A stretch of DNA of 64,000 bases, from the IMG/VR virus record IMGVR_UViG_3300044643_002701. The stretch is one strand, 5' to 3'. The notes beneath the pieces are model-generated. The model saw nothing but the letters and a program-made list of their open reading frames with translations, was not told where the DNA came from and searched no databases. Position 1 is the first letter of the stretch, and each line of letters starts with the position of its first letter. Positions 1 to 10,286 of this stretch are shown piece by piece. A program made the translations under genes and the position numbers. Origin of the DNA: an uncultured virus (IMG/VR IMGVR_UViG_3300044643_002701). Its lineage: Duplodnaviria; Heunggongvirae; Uroviricota; Caudoviricetes.

Positions 1-2
1 GG

Positions 3-3000
3 CCAGTTGGATCTGAGTACAACAGGGCATTAGTTTCGGTTGGCAGGACTCTTGGTAGTGGTAGCGGAATATCAAGTGGATTTTTGAGCAGTGGGTTAGT
101 TGCGTATTGGAAGTTAGACGAGTTTGCTGGAAGTAGATTTAGTCAGGTGGGGCAAAATAATACCTTGTTACAGTCTGGAACAGTTAATTATGCAACTGGA
201 CTTTATCAATCAGCTGCCGGATTTAACTCGGCTTCTAGAACTAATTATCTTAACTCTACTGGAACAGTCTTTGGGTCTAATTATTCTGTTTCATGCTGGT
301 TTAATGCATATAGTATGACTGGAATAGACCAATTTCCTAGTATTTGGACTATTGGGACTAGAAGTGGCACAAATGCTGGTAATCAAGTATTAGTATTGGC
401 TGATAGTAATAATACTGGTCTTGGAGGCTGGGTTTATGATGCCGTAGATGTTGTTAATATTGGCCAGTTTCAGCCTTGGCGGCCAAACAGGTGGAATCAC
501 GTTGTCTGGACATGCGCAAATGGTACTGACTTAAAACTGTATTGGAATGGAAGTTTAGTTGATTCGTATTCTAATGCAATAGTTAGAAGTTTTACTGGTT
601 TTGGACTTGGCGGATATATTTTAGCAAATGGTACAATGACTAATCCATTTAGTGGCGCTATAGATGAGGTTGCTATTTGGAATAGAGAAGTTTCTTCTTC
701 GCAGGTTTCAGTCATATACAATGCTGGTTCTGGCCGCAATCTGCTATACACTAACAATGATAGGTACACGTATCCAAGCGATACACTATTAGATGTATAT
801 AAAAATTCTCAACCATATAAAAGTGGAGATTCTTGGTTGGAGTATAGTGGGGAATTTGCAAAATTTAATTATACTGGAATCGCCACGGGGGATGCTGGAA
901 TTATTATTTCAGACTATTTAGTGCCAGATTTATATAATGTTAACTTTGCTGTTAAAGATAGATTTTTACCACAACAATTAGTTAGACAGGGAATAAGATT
1001 GAAGAATTTAAAATTTACACCACCAACTTATTCAGTATTAACATCTGATTCTAAAGTGTGGGCTTCTTATGAAATTTCAACTGGTAATAGCATGTTGAGT
1101 GGGTCAAAGAGTGTTTTTTCGTACGCAGTAGAACTTGTTAGGGATTTGACATCAGATGCTATTATTGTTAACAGTGGCTTCAATGAACAAAATCAGTTAA
1201 ATTTTCAAAAAAGTTTAAAGGCGCCATCTATTCAACAGGCAGTAGGTACAAGTTTTGACATTTATTCTGGATTCTGTTTCGACTCTGTGGAGTGTGAAGA
1301 TAAAGAGCCACCTAAAGATGTAATTATATGCTATACTGGGGTTACAACTGGTGCTGAATATGATGCCTATATCTCTGGAATTAAAAAACAGTTTTCAGAT
1401 GAAAAATACGTAAAGAACTATGATGGAACATCTTCTACTTCTGTTGTTTCCACTTCCGCTATAACCACTAGCGCTTTTAGTATTAAAACAGGAGAGCTTC
1501 GATACAATAATTTTCTTAGTGGAGACAGGGTATCTTTTTCTTTATATGGTTTTGATTATACTGGGCTATATAAACAGTACCATTTAAATAATAATCCAAC
1601 TTTTCCAACTACTGGTTTTTCATTATCTTATCCAAGTGATTTTACTGGTATTGATAGCTTGGTCTCATCTTTAAATAATAGGTTATTTAGATCTTATCAG
1701 GTTTGGTATCCTTATGAGTGTTTAAGTGGGGAAGCCTCTGGTATTTATTTAACTGGCAATTTAATGTCTTTTGAAAAATTAACTGGATCACAATACAGTG
1801 GAACGGAAGATTTTAATAATGTCATAAGATTTAGATCATTAAGAAATTACAGTTCTGGTTTTAATTTGTCATTAAGTTTAGTAGATAGGTCTGCCGATTA
1901 TTCTGAAAACTTTACAAAACTTGTTAAAAATGGATTCACTTATTTGATTCCAGATGTTATAGAATTGCAGGGGCAAACAAATGCGATGAGATCCTTGGAT
2001 GGTAGGTGGGCGGTATTAGATCGTAGATCTGGATTATATAATGACCTTACTGGCTTAGATTATACGGTAACAAAATTAAATTTACCCAAAAATAATTTCT
2101 TAGCTTCTGGTCAAGGAATTGTATCTAGTGAAAAAATATATCCAGTTACTTATACTGGAGAAAGCATTGTTCTTATTGAGAATATTATAAGCGGAGGGTT
2201 CCAAAATGTTTTAGATTTAACACAGTTAACATCAACTCCAGTCAGTGATTATTGCGGTGGAGTTTTGAGATCTTCTAGAAGTATAACAGTAAAAGTTCCA
2301 ACTGGCTGGCAAAGTGGGGTTAATGGCTGTTTGCAAACCGGACAAGAAGAGGGTGGACTGTGTGCTCAGTGGGGAAAACAGTTGGGACTACCATTAATTG
2401 AAGACCCAAGTTTTTGTAGGGATAGTAGCATTCAATATATATTTCCAGATATTGATTGTTATTTATGCACTGGAACTAAAGCGAGCGGTTATACTCCCCC
2501 ACAAAACGAAGACTTGTATTTAAGTTTTTTAAGAACTGGATGGAATTTAGATCCAACTGGGACATATTTGAATTGCTGGTTATCAACTAGTGGATATGAT
2601 ATTACAAATTTAAATTTTGATAGATATAGAATTGTTGCAAGAAATTTTAGTGGTATCATACCAGAAGCCGGTAAAGATAACTATCTAATTCCAAAAAATG
2701 AAATTTACTTTAAAAATTTCAATCTATTCTCGGCAGCAAAAACGGGTATAGGTTTACACAGTGGAGTTAAATTATGCTCAATAGGTTCTGATTATATTGC
2801 AAATATTGGAGATATTAGACCATTGGAATTTAATGCTAACTATAATTATTCAATTAATAGTGAATCAATGAGTGGTATGTACAGGGCTTTTAATGAACAG
2901 GTTGTTTACACTCCGCTGCCTAGCGAAATTAATGTAAAGTTTGCAAATAGGAGTGGAAAGTTTGTTGGTAATGTTACTGGTTTGTTAACTAGAAATTTTA

Positions 3001-4142
3001 TTGGAACTGGCAATGTTTCACAAACTTTTGGTGATTATTATTTTTATGACACTGGAACAAAAGAAGTAACTTTCGAGAAGGTGTATACAAAATATTTACC
3101 AAGTGGAAGCGGATTTCTTTCTGGTACTGAAATAGTAATAAAGCCATCTATTGTAGCACGTGCAAATTCTGTTGGTGGACTGTTCGCAACAGCAAGTGTC
3201 TATGTAACAGGAAGAACTAGTGGACAGTTTACAGCCTTATTAACTGGCGCGAGTTATACTGAAACAGGAGTTACTGGATATTTTAATTTAACTGGTATAA
3301 CTGGCGGCCTTTCGAACTCTGGATATTATAATAATACATTTTTAGCCACTGGTAGTGGATCTTATGTTAATATGGATAATTATCCATACTATCCTATAGT
3401 TACAGGATTGGTGCGGTCAAGTGGTATTATTAATGTAGATGTTACAAAATTACAAAATTTTGACTATGTCTCCATAAACGATAAGGTTATATCTTACAAT
3501 AATGATACTCTAAACTATTTGGCGCCAGATTTCTTTAGTTCTAGAACTGGTTTAATTGATATTGTTAATACTAATTCAACAGTTTTCTCTTGCACTGGTT
3601 ACGCGATTGGTTCAAGTGGTATAGTATTAGTTTCTACCCTATCGGGGGCTTCTGGTAATTTTATTAATTTGATTTCAAGCGGCTCTGGAGTAAATGTGTC
3701 CAATGCAACACTAACTAATGGTAAAACTTATTATTTAAGAATGTTTCCAACTAGTAATTTTTCTGGCATTACTTCGGTATCTTTTGCGTCAACTGGTTTT
3801 TATAGTGGCTTTGGCTCTGGATTTATAACTGGTAATATCAATAAGTTTACGGGAGTGAGAACCTTTACTGGCACTTGGGATATAGAAACAGGTATAAACT
3901 CTAACTTAGTTTCTTATAGAGATAAGAATTTATTAAGTGGACTTAATTATTACAGTAGTATTCAATCTAATTCAATAGGCACGAGAGCATCTGTGATTCA
4001 GGTAAGGTCTTTCTATGAAAATACACTTGGAACATTAGATGCCGAAGAAACTGACGTAGCTGATATTGTTATTAGTGGTAGCAATTTTGGGCCAAGTGGT
4101 AGTGGTATTACTTTTAGATTAGTTGGTGTTAAAAGTTTATAA
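3..4142 (+). CDS. Large virion structural protein (tail/fibre-like) with LamG/concanavalin A-like domain; 5'-truncated
   Basis: Frame is open from position 3, so the true start lies upstream of the window. LamG motifs LVAYWKLDE, WNHVVWT, LYWNG and FSGAIDEVAIWNR; S/T/G/N-rich. Confidence 0.7.
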   Translation, partial: PVGSEYNRALVSVGRTLGSGSGISSGFLSSGLVAYWKLDEFAGSRFSQVGQNNTLLQSGTVNYATGLYQSAAGFNSASRTNYLNSTGTVFGSNYSVSCWFNAYSMTGIDQFPSIWTIGTRSGTNAGNQVLVLADSNNTGLGGWVYDAVDVVNIGQFQPWRPNRWNHVVWTCANGTDLKLYWNGSLVDSYSNAIVRSFTGFGLGGYILANGTMTNPFSGAIDEVAIWNREVSSSQVSVIYNAGSGRNLLYTNNDRYTYPSDTLLDVYKNSQPYKSGDSWLEYSGEFAKFNYTGIATGDAGIIISDYLVPDLYNVNFAVKDRFLPQQLVRQGIRLKNLKFTPPTYSVLTSDSKVWASYEISTGNSMLSGSKSVFSYAVELVRDLTSDAIIVNSGFNEQNQLNFQKSLKAPSIQQAVGTSFDIYSGFCFDSVECEDKEPPKDVIICYTGVTTGAEYDAYISGIKKQFSDEKYVKNYDGTSSTSVVSTSAITTSAFSIKTGELRYNNFLSGDRVSFSLYGFDYTGLYKQYHLNNNPTFPTTGFSLSYPSDFTGIDSLVSSLNNRLFRSYQVWYPYECLSGEASGIYLTGNLMSFEKLTGSQYSGTEDFNNVIRFRSLRNYSSGFNLSLSLVDRSADYSENFTKLVKNGFTYLIPDVIELQGQTNAMRSLDGRWAVLDRRSGLYNDLTGLDYTVTKLNLPKNNFLASGQGIVSSEKIYPVTYTGESIVLIENIISGGFQNVLDLTQLTSTPVSDYCGGVLRSSRSITVKVPTGWQSGVNGCLQTGQEEGGLCAQWGKQLGLPLIEDPSFCRDSSIQYIFPDIDCYLCTGTKASGYTPPQNEDLYLSFLRTGWNLDPTGTYLNCWLSTSGYDITNLNFDRYRIVARNFSGIIPEAGKDNYLIPKNEIYFKNFNLFSAAKTGIGLHSGVKLCSIGSDYIANIGDIRPLEFNANYNYSINSESMSGMYRAFNEQVVYTPLPSEINVKFANRSGKFVGNVTGLLTRNFIGTGNVSQTFGDYYFYDTGTKEVTFEKVYTKYLPSGSGFLSGTEIVIKPSIVARANSVGGLFATASVYVTGRTSGQFTALLTGASYTETGVTGYFNLTGITGGLSNSGYYNNTFLATGSGSYVNMDNYPYYPIVTGLVRSSGIINVDVTKLQNFDYVSINDKVISYNNDTLNYLAPDFFSSRTGLIDIVNTNSTVFSCTGYAIGSSGIVLVSTLSGASGNFINLISSGSGVNVSNATLTNGKTYYLRMFPTSNFSGITSVSFASTGFYSGFGSGFITGNINKFTGVRTFTGTWDIETGINSNLVSYRDKNLLSGLNYYSSIQSNSIGTRASVIQVRSFYENTLGTLDAEETDVADIVISGSNFGPSGSGITFRLVGVKSL

Positions 4143-4155
4143 TTTATATTAAAAT

Positions 4156-4788
4156 ATGTCCTACTTTAGAAGAATGAGTTCACCGCAGGAAGAGGCAACA
4201 GATACTCCTTTTGAGATAGTTCCTTGGACTGGGGAACAAGAGGGTTATATGGTTAGCAATGGCGTTTGTTTTTCTACTTTTAGTTACAATACCGGAAGTT
4301 TTGTTCCCATTAAGGGCCTAAATACAAGATTTGATTTCAATGGAAATGAAAAAATATATATTGACTTCACTATATTACCAAATCTTCAAGTAAGTGGCGC
4401 TGAGATAAAATGCACAAAAGTAGGCGCTGAGCTTGGGCCAGTTTCAAATCAAAACAACCCCACTCAGTGGAACAGTTATCCAGACATGTTTTGGATAAAC
4501 CCGAAAGATGAGATGGACTCAAGTGGTAGAGTAAAAAAACTTGTTGATGGAAAAAGACAAATAAAATGTTATTCTTTAATTGGATATAGAAGTGACGATA
4601 CTAATAAAAATGGTGGCACAAATCCTCCTCCACCTGACACAGGATCATTTTCTGCTGTTCAAATATTAAATACGGATATTATCTTATTGGCGTCCATATT
4701 TAGTGGAGTGCCAGTGGTTTTTCCAAATCCATACTTAGGGGGAACTAATCATTTAAATTCGTTAGTTACTCCTACCAATGAGCTTTAA
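4156..4788 (+). CDS. Hypothetical protein, probably structural
   Basis: 210 aa ORF in the same operon as the LamG protein. Confidence 0.5.
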   Translation: MSYFRRMSSPQEEATDTPFEIVPWTGEQEGYMVSNGVCFSTFSYNTGSFVPIKGLNTRFDFNGNEKIYIDFTILPNLQVSGAEIKCTKVGAELGPVSNQNNPTQWNSYPDMFWINPKDEMDSSGRVKKLVDGKRQIKCYSLIGYRSDDTNKNGGTNPPPPDTGSFSAVQILNTDIILLASIFSGVPVVFPNPYLGGTNHLNSLVTPTNEL

Positions 4789-5641
4789 TGTAAATTTTTT
4801 AGGGCATTTGCCATATAATCCAGACCAATTGCCAGAAAGGCGTTATATAACTGGGACAGGAACAGATAGGCCTATTGGTTTAGTGTTTCAAGAAATTGTA
4901 AAATTATACTGGACAGTTAGAAGTTACGAGGTAAGCATATCGTCTTCTATAGCAGTTGATGACGTTTTTGAGCAGTTTTTACGTGGAGGCGCTGGTGGTA
5001 CTGATATTAGAGGCTCGGTGGCTGGATTGGGAAGTATTAATTTAGGGGCCACTAATTTTAGTTTAAAGGGATATACAAAAATTAAAAATCTTTATACAAA
5101 AAAGATAAGAAAAGAAAGGGACGGAATTTTTGATGGCGTCACTCAGAAAACAGTAGAAATTGACAAAACGGTGTCTCCAAATATTTTAAGTAGCTCTATT
5201 GTGAATGTTAACGAGGGTACATTATGCTCACCGGGGCCTGTGCATACGTTGGTTGGAAGCTCTGGATACTTAAAGATAGATATGTCTGATATAATCCAAT
5301 CAAAAGGATTATATTGGCCAAAAATTTCATTAATATTACAGTCATTTTCCTTGAGCTTTTCTTCTATAGCTGGAGCTGGCAATAATATGACTGTTTTAGG
5401 TGGAGTTAATTTTTCTAACTATGGTATTATTACTTTGTATGGAACCAACTCAGTATTCGGATCTTCGGTTAGCGCTAGTGTTGTTGGTAACGTAAATATT
5501 GGAAAAAGATGCTGTGACAGATTTTATTGGGATAATGCCGATGATGGCGAATCTGGAAGATTTAATGATGAATCGTGCAAGGACGCTTGCAAAAGTACTG
5601 TTGCGCCAGTAGCGCAAAATTTTAACGGAACCAAGATTTAA
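4778..5641 (+). CDS. Hypothetical protein, probably structural, with Cys-rich C-terminus
   Basis: 287 aa; overlaps the previous gene; G/S-rich. Confidence 0.5.
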   Translation: MSFNVNFLGHLPYNPDQLPERRYITGTGTDRPIGLVFQEIVKLYWTVRSYEVSISSSIAVDDVFEQFLRGGAGGTDIRGSVAGLGSINLGATNFSLKGYTKIKNLYTKKIRKERDGIFDGVTQKTVEIDKTVSPNILSSSIVNVNEGTLCSPGPVHTLVGSSGYLKIDMSDIIQSKGLYWPKISLILQSFSLSFSSIAGAGNNMTVLGGVNFSNYGIITLYGTNSVFGSSVSASVVGNVNIGKRCCDRFYWDNADDGESGRFNDESCKDACKSTVAPVAQNFNGTKI

Positions 5642-5853
5642 TCTTTATATTTATCACACTTCTCGCAGTGATTTATATATGACAATGGAAAAATATTTCT
5701 TAACTCACATTTGTATCCAGAAACATTGTTTGTAGAACAGCATGAAACTTTTGTTATTTGTTTTAAACTTCTAAATGAGCACGTTTCAAATTTCCTTATG
5801 GCAACTTGATTAGTTGGGCCGTTGTTTGAAGTAACTGTCAACAGAGATTCCAT
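5638..5853 (-). CDS. Small Cys-rich protein, paralog of 17600..17785
   Basis: Pattern TCxFRS..IT..SC..G(Y/F)xCExRxIF..CxxCxxY shared with 17600..17785. Confidence 0.65.
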   Translation of the reverse strand: MESLLTVTSNNGPTNQVAIRKFETCSFRSLKQITKVSCCSTNNVSGYKCELRNIFPLSYINHCEKCDKYKD

Positions 5854-6674
5854 TAATTAGCTTTATTTTTATTTTTAATGCCACTTACTATAGTGAAGAT
5901 GGACAAGGGAGGGATATCCTCGCATGAAGACCATGTCTCTGCGCCATCAATGCCTTTTCTAATTGCACCGTCCTTGATCTTGTCAAAGGATATATTATAA
6001 TCATTCATGGTCTTTTGAAGAAGCGAAACTGGGTCAGTACCAGTAACTGGTTCGTATTCTGTATTTAGTGCTTGTGAATTTTTACCACCCATTTCATCAC
6101 TTCCAACAATATTAATTTTTAAGAAGTTTCTAACCGCTCTGACGAATGCCCTGTTTTCAGCAATGGCCATTAAGAAATTCTTAGCAAAATTATGAGTATT
6201 ATCCCAATGCGCATCAGCTAGGGCCGAGAAACTAACTCTCGAATTTCCTGTCTCATAGTTTCCTACCCAGTTGATAGTGCACTTAACGGCAACATAGTCT
6301 GGGCGCGCTTCAAGCACTTCGTATTGAACATTTTCATAGCCGCGAATTTGGGCTACTTCCTTGATCCCAGCAAGCAGTATTAACAGTTTGTTGTCTGGGA
6401 GTGTTGATACATCTAATTCCTTTAGGTTCGTGTCTGGAGAATTCTTAAAAGCATCTCTATTTGCGACTAGATGTTCGGGCTTTAACATTCCGCGCCAATT
6501 GATTGTATTGTCTTGATTGAAGACGTAATCAACAGAATTTATAAATCCATTATCATCTCTAGTAAAACCATTAACTCTATCCAAATACCGTGCCGCATTT
6601 TGGATTACCACGCCAGTTGTTTCAGAGCTGGCTTCTTGGGTGTCTTCTGGTTTTAGTGATTTTTGCCTTGCCAT
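5853..6674 (-). CDS. Putative Rad52/Sak-like single-strand annealing protein
   Basis: Beta-strand segment VAVKCTI..FSALADA followed by helix MAIAENRAFVRAVRNFL, resembling the Rad52-superfamily AE-x-x-A-x-x-RA motif. Confidence 0.4.
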   Translation of the reverse strand: MARQKSLKPEDTQEASSETTGVVIQNAARYLDRVNGFTRDDNGFINSVDYVFNQDNTINWRGMLKPEHLVANRDAFKNSPDTNLKELDVSTLPDNKLLILLAGIKEVAQIRGYENVQYEVLEARPDYVAVKCTINWVGNYETGNSRVSFSALADAHWDNTHNFAKNFLMAIAENRAFVRAVRNFLKINIVGSDEMGGKNSQALNTEYEPVTGTDPVSLLQKTMNDYNISFDKIKDGAIRKGIDGAETWSSCEDIPPLSIFTIVSGIKNKNKAN

Positions 6675-6680
6675 TTATTG

Positions 6681-6709
6681 ATCTTCTAATAATTTTTATT
6701 TAAAGTCAA
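6681..6709 (-). promoter_or_regulatory. sigma70-like promoter with atypical -10, leaderless position
   Basis: TTGACT-N17-GAAGAT; ATG (6674) 7 nt after the -10; the 41-nt block 6672-6712 is 31/41 identical to 46951-46991. Confidence 0.45.
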
Positions 6710-6711
6710 CA

Positions 6712-7890
6712 CTAATTTTGGGTATACAGAAAGCAGTATTCAATATCTTTTAAAAATTCTTTTTTATTCTTGATACTAGAGTATTTAATTGCAGAATGCT
6801 GATTGTCAATAGCAATATCACTCAACTGAGCGCTTCTGCTATTATAAATCTTACCGTTTGATAAGATCATTCTATTTGATTTGTAAAGCGCGTTCTCGCT
6901 AATTTCATCTGGAATGTTGTCTGGAATTGATGAAAAGATGTTAATTCCGCAAAAATCCATTAATTCGAATTTTCTTTTTTCTATGAGCGCATCGTCTGAA
7001 AAGCTTTTATCTACTGTACAAACATAATTTATTCCAAGCTTATCAATCTTTTTAACGAATTCTATATCAACCTTGTTAGTTACATTGTATATCACAATTT
7101 CTATATTTTGTTTTACTTTATCTAGTAGTTCAATATCAATAGTTTTATCTGTAACAATTGCACACTTTCTTTGAGAAAGGTTGTAAGCTGTTGTCGAGAG
7201 TTCTGTTATTTCATCTAAATAATCAAAGCGAAGATTTAAAACGCTGCCTTTAAGAAACTCTGGATTTATAGCCTGATTTGGAACGCATTCCACAATCTGA
7301 TCTATATATCTATTGCCAATGTATTTAGAGTTTAAGTTTAATGTTTTCTCTCCAAAAAGTAGCATTTCACATGCATTAACAACTTCTTCTATTTTAATAT
7401 TATTAACTGTTTTTGGGGACTCGTTTGGATTAAAGGTAGGCTTGAATTTATTTGAATACAAATTAATCTTCTTGTTGTTCCAGTATGGGCCAGCTAGTTC
7501 AGGGGTAGTTATACCATAAAGACCCACGGTTGGAACATCGAATGCGCTGGCCATATGAATGGCGAAACTGTCATTGCCTAAGTGTAGCGATGCTTTTGAT
7601 ATTATATAGGCTGTCTGATTTATATTGCTTTTACCAGTTAAGTCTATGGAATTAGAGATTTTCTTGTCTTTTTCTCCGCCTATTTGCACTACTTTATAAT
7701 TATTCTTATCTAGTAATGGTTTTAAAAACAATAAAACATCTTCAAAGAAATCATAGCATTTGCCGGGCATGCCACTACTGTTTTGAACTGTTATATATTT
7801 TTCAGCATCTACTGGAAAATACTTTTTAACTATATAGGGCTTTCCTATTTTACTTGCGGTCGATAGTGCGTACTTTTGTATAAGATGCAT
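6712..7890 (-). CDS. GT9 (heptosyltransferase-like) C-terminal half plus extra domain
   Basis: VVQIGG, IDLTGK, HLGNDSFAIHMASAFDVPTVGLYG. Confidence 0.7.
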   Translation of the reverse strand: MHLIQKYALSTASKIGKPYIVKKYFPVDAEKYITVQNSSGMPGKCYDFFEDVLLFLKPLLDKNNYKVVQIGGEKDKKISNSIDLTGKSNINQTAYIISKASLHLGNDSFAIHMASAFDVPTVGLYGITTPELAGPYWNNKKINLYSNKFKPTFNPNESPKTVNNIKIEEVVNACEMLLFGEKTLNLNSKYIGNRYIDQIVECVPNQAINPEFLKGSVLNLRFDYLDEITELSTTAYNLSQRKCAIVTDKTIDIELLDKVKQNIEIVIYNVTNKVDIEFVKKIDKLGINYVCTVDKSFSDDALIEKRKFELMDFCGINIFSSIPDNIPDEISENALYKSNRMILSNGKIYNSRSAQLSDIAIDNQHSAIKYSSIKNKKEFLKDIEYCFLYTQN

Positions 7891-7891
7891 A

Positions 7892-9823
7892 TTAATTATC
7901 TATATCTAAATCAATTTTATCAACGCCATTATGCATATAGTCAAGCATCCTTTGGGTAGAGAAATATGGGTGATACACAATATCACAAAAACCCTTGTCT
8001 TCCCCTCTACCTTCCATTGCTATTGCAGAATCCATTATTTCATGATATGGTATCCACTTATCAATAAACGGATTGCCATCAATTACATCTCTATATTCTG
8101 GTTTCGTCGATACGTATATTTTATGTGTATTTTGTGGGTATCTATTTCTTAAAGATTCGAATAGTGATGTTACAAGAAAAACGTCTCCAAGGCTTTCTGG
8201 CTGAATGAAAAGAACTCTTTTTAAGTCTTTATCTTCATCGAAAAGATCTGAAAAGCTGATTGTTTTATTTTTGTTTTCCTCGTTAACAGCAACATTTCTA
8301 AAATAGTTTTCTATATCACTTCGTGGTACTCCCATTGATAACTGTTTTTCCCAATGAAGTAATCCTTCATCATTGTTTTCAATTTGTTCTCTAGCTAGTA
8401 TTTTAGAATAAAGTTGTTTAATCCATTCTCTATTATCTTGAATATCTTGAATTTGCGCTCTAGGGTCTTGCTTTGATTTTTCCTGCTTAAATTCAAAAAC
8501 CTCATCTTGTAATGTTTCTTGTGAATCAATAAAGTCTTCTATTTTTTTTCCATTAACATCAATGGAATAGTTACTTAAAGCCCACTCTCTAGAAAGTTTT
8601 TCTAAATTGGCCTTTCTGTCTTTTGGCATGTCATGTACCTTTTTGAATACTTGAGACATGTTTGATGCAGATGGTTGGGATTTTAAAAATTGTGTTCCAT
8701 GTTCTGTATAGAAACTAAATTTATATCCTATGGATCCTTTGTTTAATTCGATAATGTCCTCACCAAAAGAATAAGCGCATGTTGCTACTATTTTTTCTGT
8801 TAGAGCTGCTTCTACGCATGGTAATTCACAGGCTCCAGAGGTTGCTGGATGAGAATACAGGCTGAATATGTTATATATTTCATTTAGTTGCTCATCTGTA
8901 ACGCCTAATCCAACATTTGATGTTATTAAGGTTTTCTCTTTTATGATTGGATTTTCAATATCCTGTCCTTGGTAGGGAAGTATAAAGTATTCTTTTGTTT
9001 TTTTGCAAATATAAGTACAAAGAACTTCTCTTTTGTCTACGCCATATTGTTCACATAGTCGGTGTATATCCCACCCCTCTCCGTAGTGAGTATGTGTATA
9101 TAAAAAAGTATTTTTAATTTCTGGATTAAGCCTCTTAAACTGTGCGTATGCTTCTATCTGTGTATTAATTAGTTTTCTTAATTGGTTTCTAAATACAAAG
9201 CCAATAATAAAAGCATTTTGTGGCAGGTTGTGTTTCGCAAGTATTTCTTTAATCTTATTTTCTGGAAGTTTGTAGAAATTTTCAGTATTAACAAGAGGAT
9301 ACTGATTTTTTACTTGTGAATGGCCCAATTTATGAAGTTCCTTTCTTGCGAAATCACTCCAAGTCCAATAGTGCTTTATCTTCTTAGCTTTTTCTACGGT
9401 ATCGGGAAGCAGTGGCAGGGAATCAAATGTATTCCAACACACGGTTGGTATGGCATGAAAGAAATTCTTATCAACCACAAACTGCGAGCCCCAAGTGTCA
9501 TTTACAGAAAAAATAACATCAGGTTTAAAATCTTTAACTATATTCTCTATCTCAAGATCTCCATATGCCGCCATTCTTCCTAGGTTCGGATCTCTTTGTA
9601 TTTGATTTATTTTAGCGGGATCATCTGGCAATGCCCCAACTGTTTTCCATGGGAATCTGCTAGAATGGGCACCGTGCTTTGGCAAGCCTTGTGCTACATT
9701 ACATATTTCATACTTACCTGTTTTATATAAGTATTTTAATAACAATTTGGTGTTTTTTCCAAATCCAGTGAAAGCCCCAGCATAATCGCTTAGGAATAGT
9801 ACCCTCTTTTTTCTTTGTGACAT
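7892..9823 (-). CDS. GT4 glycosyltransferase fused to a DUF4214-like segment and a GT9 N-terminal half
   Basis: TGFG, FRNQLRK, GACELPCVEAAL (GT4); LYSKILAR..DEGLLHW (DUF4214-like); PESLGDV..IDGNPFID (GT9-N). Confidence 0.7.
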   Translation of the reverse strand: MSQRKKRVLFLSDYAGAFTGFGKNTKLLLKYLYKTGKYEICNVAQGLPKHGAHSSRFPWKTVGALPDDPAKINQIQRDPNLGRMAAYGDLEIENIVKDFKPDVIFSVNDTWGSQFVVDKNFFHAIPTVCWNTFDSLPLLPDTVEKAKKIKHYWTWSDFARKELHKLGHSQVKNQYPLVNTENFYKLPENKIKEILAKHNLPQNAFIIGFVFRNQLRKLINTQIEAYAQFKRLNPEIKNTFLYTHTHYGEGWDIHRLCEQYGVDKREVLCTYICKKTKEYFILPYQGQDIENPIIKEKTLITSNVGLGVTDEQLNEIYNIFSLYSHPATSGACELPCVEAALTEKIVATCAYSFGEDIIELNKGSIGYKFSFYTEHGTQFLKSQPSASNMSQVFKKVHDMPKDRKANLEKLSREWALSNYSIDVNGKKIEDFIDSQETLQDEVFEFKQEKSKQDPRAQIQDIQDNREWIKQLYSKILAREQIENNDEGLLHWEKQLSMGVPRSDIENYFRNVAVNEENKNKTISFSDLFDEDKDLKRVLFIQPESLGDVFLVTSLFESLRNRYPQNTHKIYVSTKPEYRDVIDGNPFIDKWIPYHEIMDSAIAMEGRGEDKGFCDIVYHPYFSTQRMLDYMHNGVDKIDLDIDN

Positions 9824-9824
9824 A

Positions 9825-10268
9825 TTACGAGTATAGATTTTGCAGTGATGCTTTAATATATTCCCTTAATTTTACTGATTCTACAAGATTAAAAGCTATT
9901 CCTACTCCATCTATTTTTAGTACATGACCAATAAAAGCTCCATCTTTAATGTATGGTTCGAAAAATATTGGTGTTGTTTTTTCTCCGCTTTTATGGACAG
10001 TTGAAAACTTTTTTTCAGAATTAGATTCTAGAACGTACAGTATATTGCAAAGTTCTAAATCATTTAGTTTTATTTTCTTATGTTTTTCTGGATTATTAAC
10101 GTTTTCCTTAAATGATCCAGTTTTTGAAGAATCGTTCCACGAGTGCTGTTTTAATAGATTGATATAAAAGCCATTCTTCTTTTGATCTTCAGAGGAGCTA
10201 GTGTTCTCAAAGGTTGCACATGTACCATTGCCAGACTTTTGTGGCTTATAAAACTCTATTCTTTTCAT
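9825..10268 (-). CDS. Putative Whirly/PC4-fold ssDNA-binding protein
   Basis: Two repeats of beta strands plus helix: FYK..FYINLLKQHSW..IKLNDLE and FFEP..GHVLKI..IAFNLVE. Confidence 0.4.
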   Translation of the reverse strand: MKRIEFYKPQKSGNGTCATFENTSSSEDQKKNGFYINLLKQHSWNDSSKTGSFKENVNNPEKHKKIKLNDLELCNILYVLESNSEKKFSTVHKSGEKTTPIFFEPYIKDGAFIGHVLKIDGVGIAFNLVESVKLREYIKASLQNLYS

Positions 10269-10286
10269 TTAATATTATGAAGTTAA

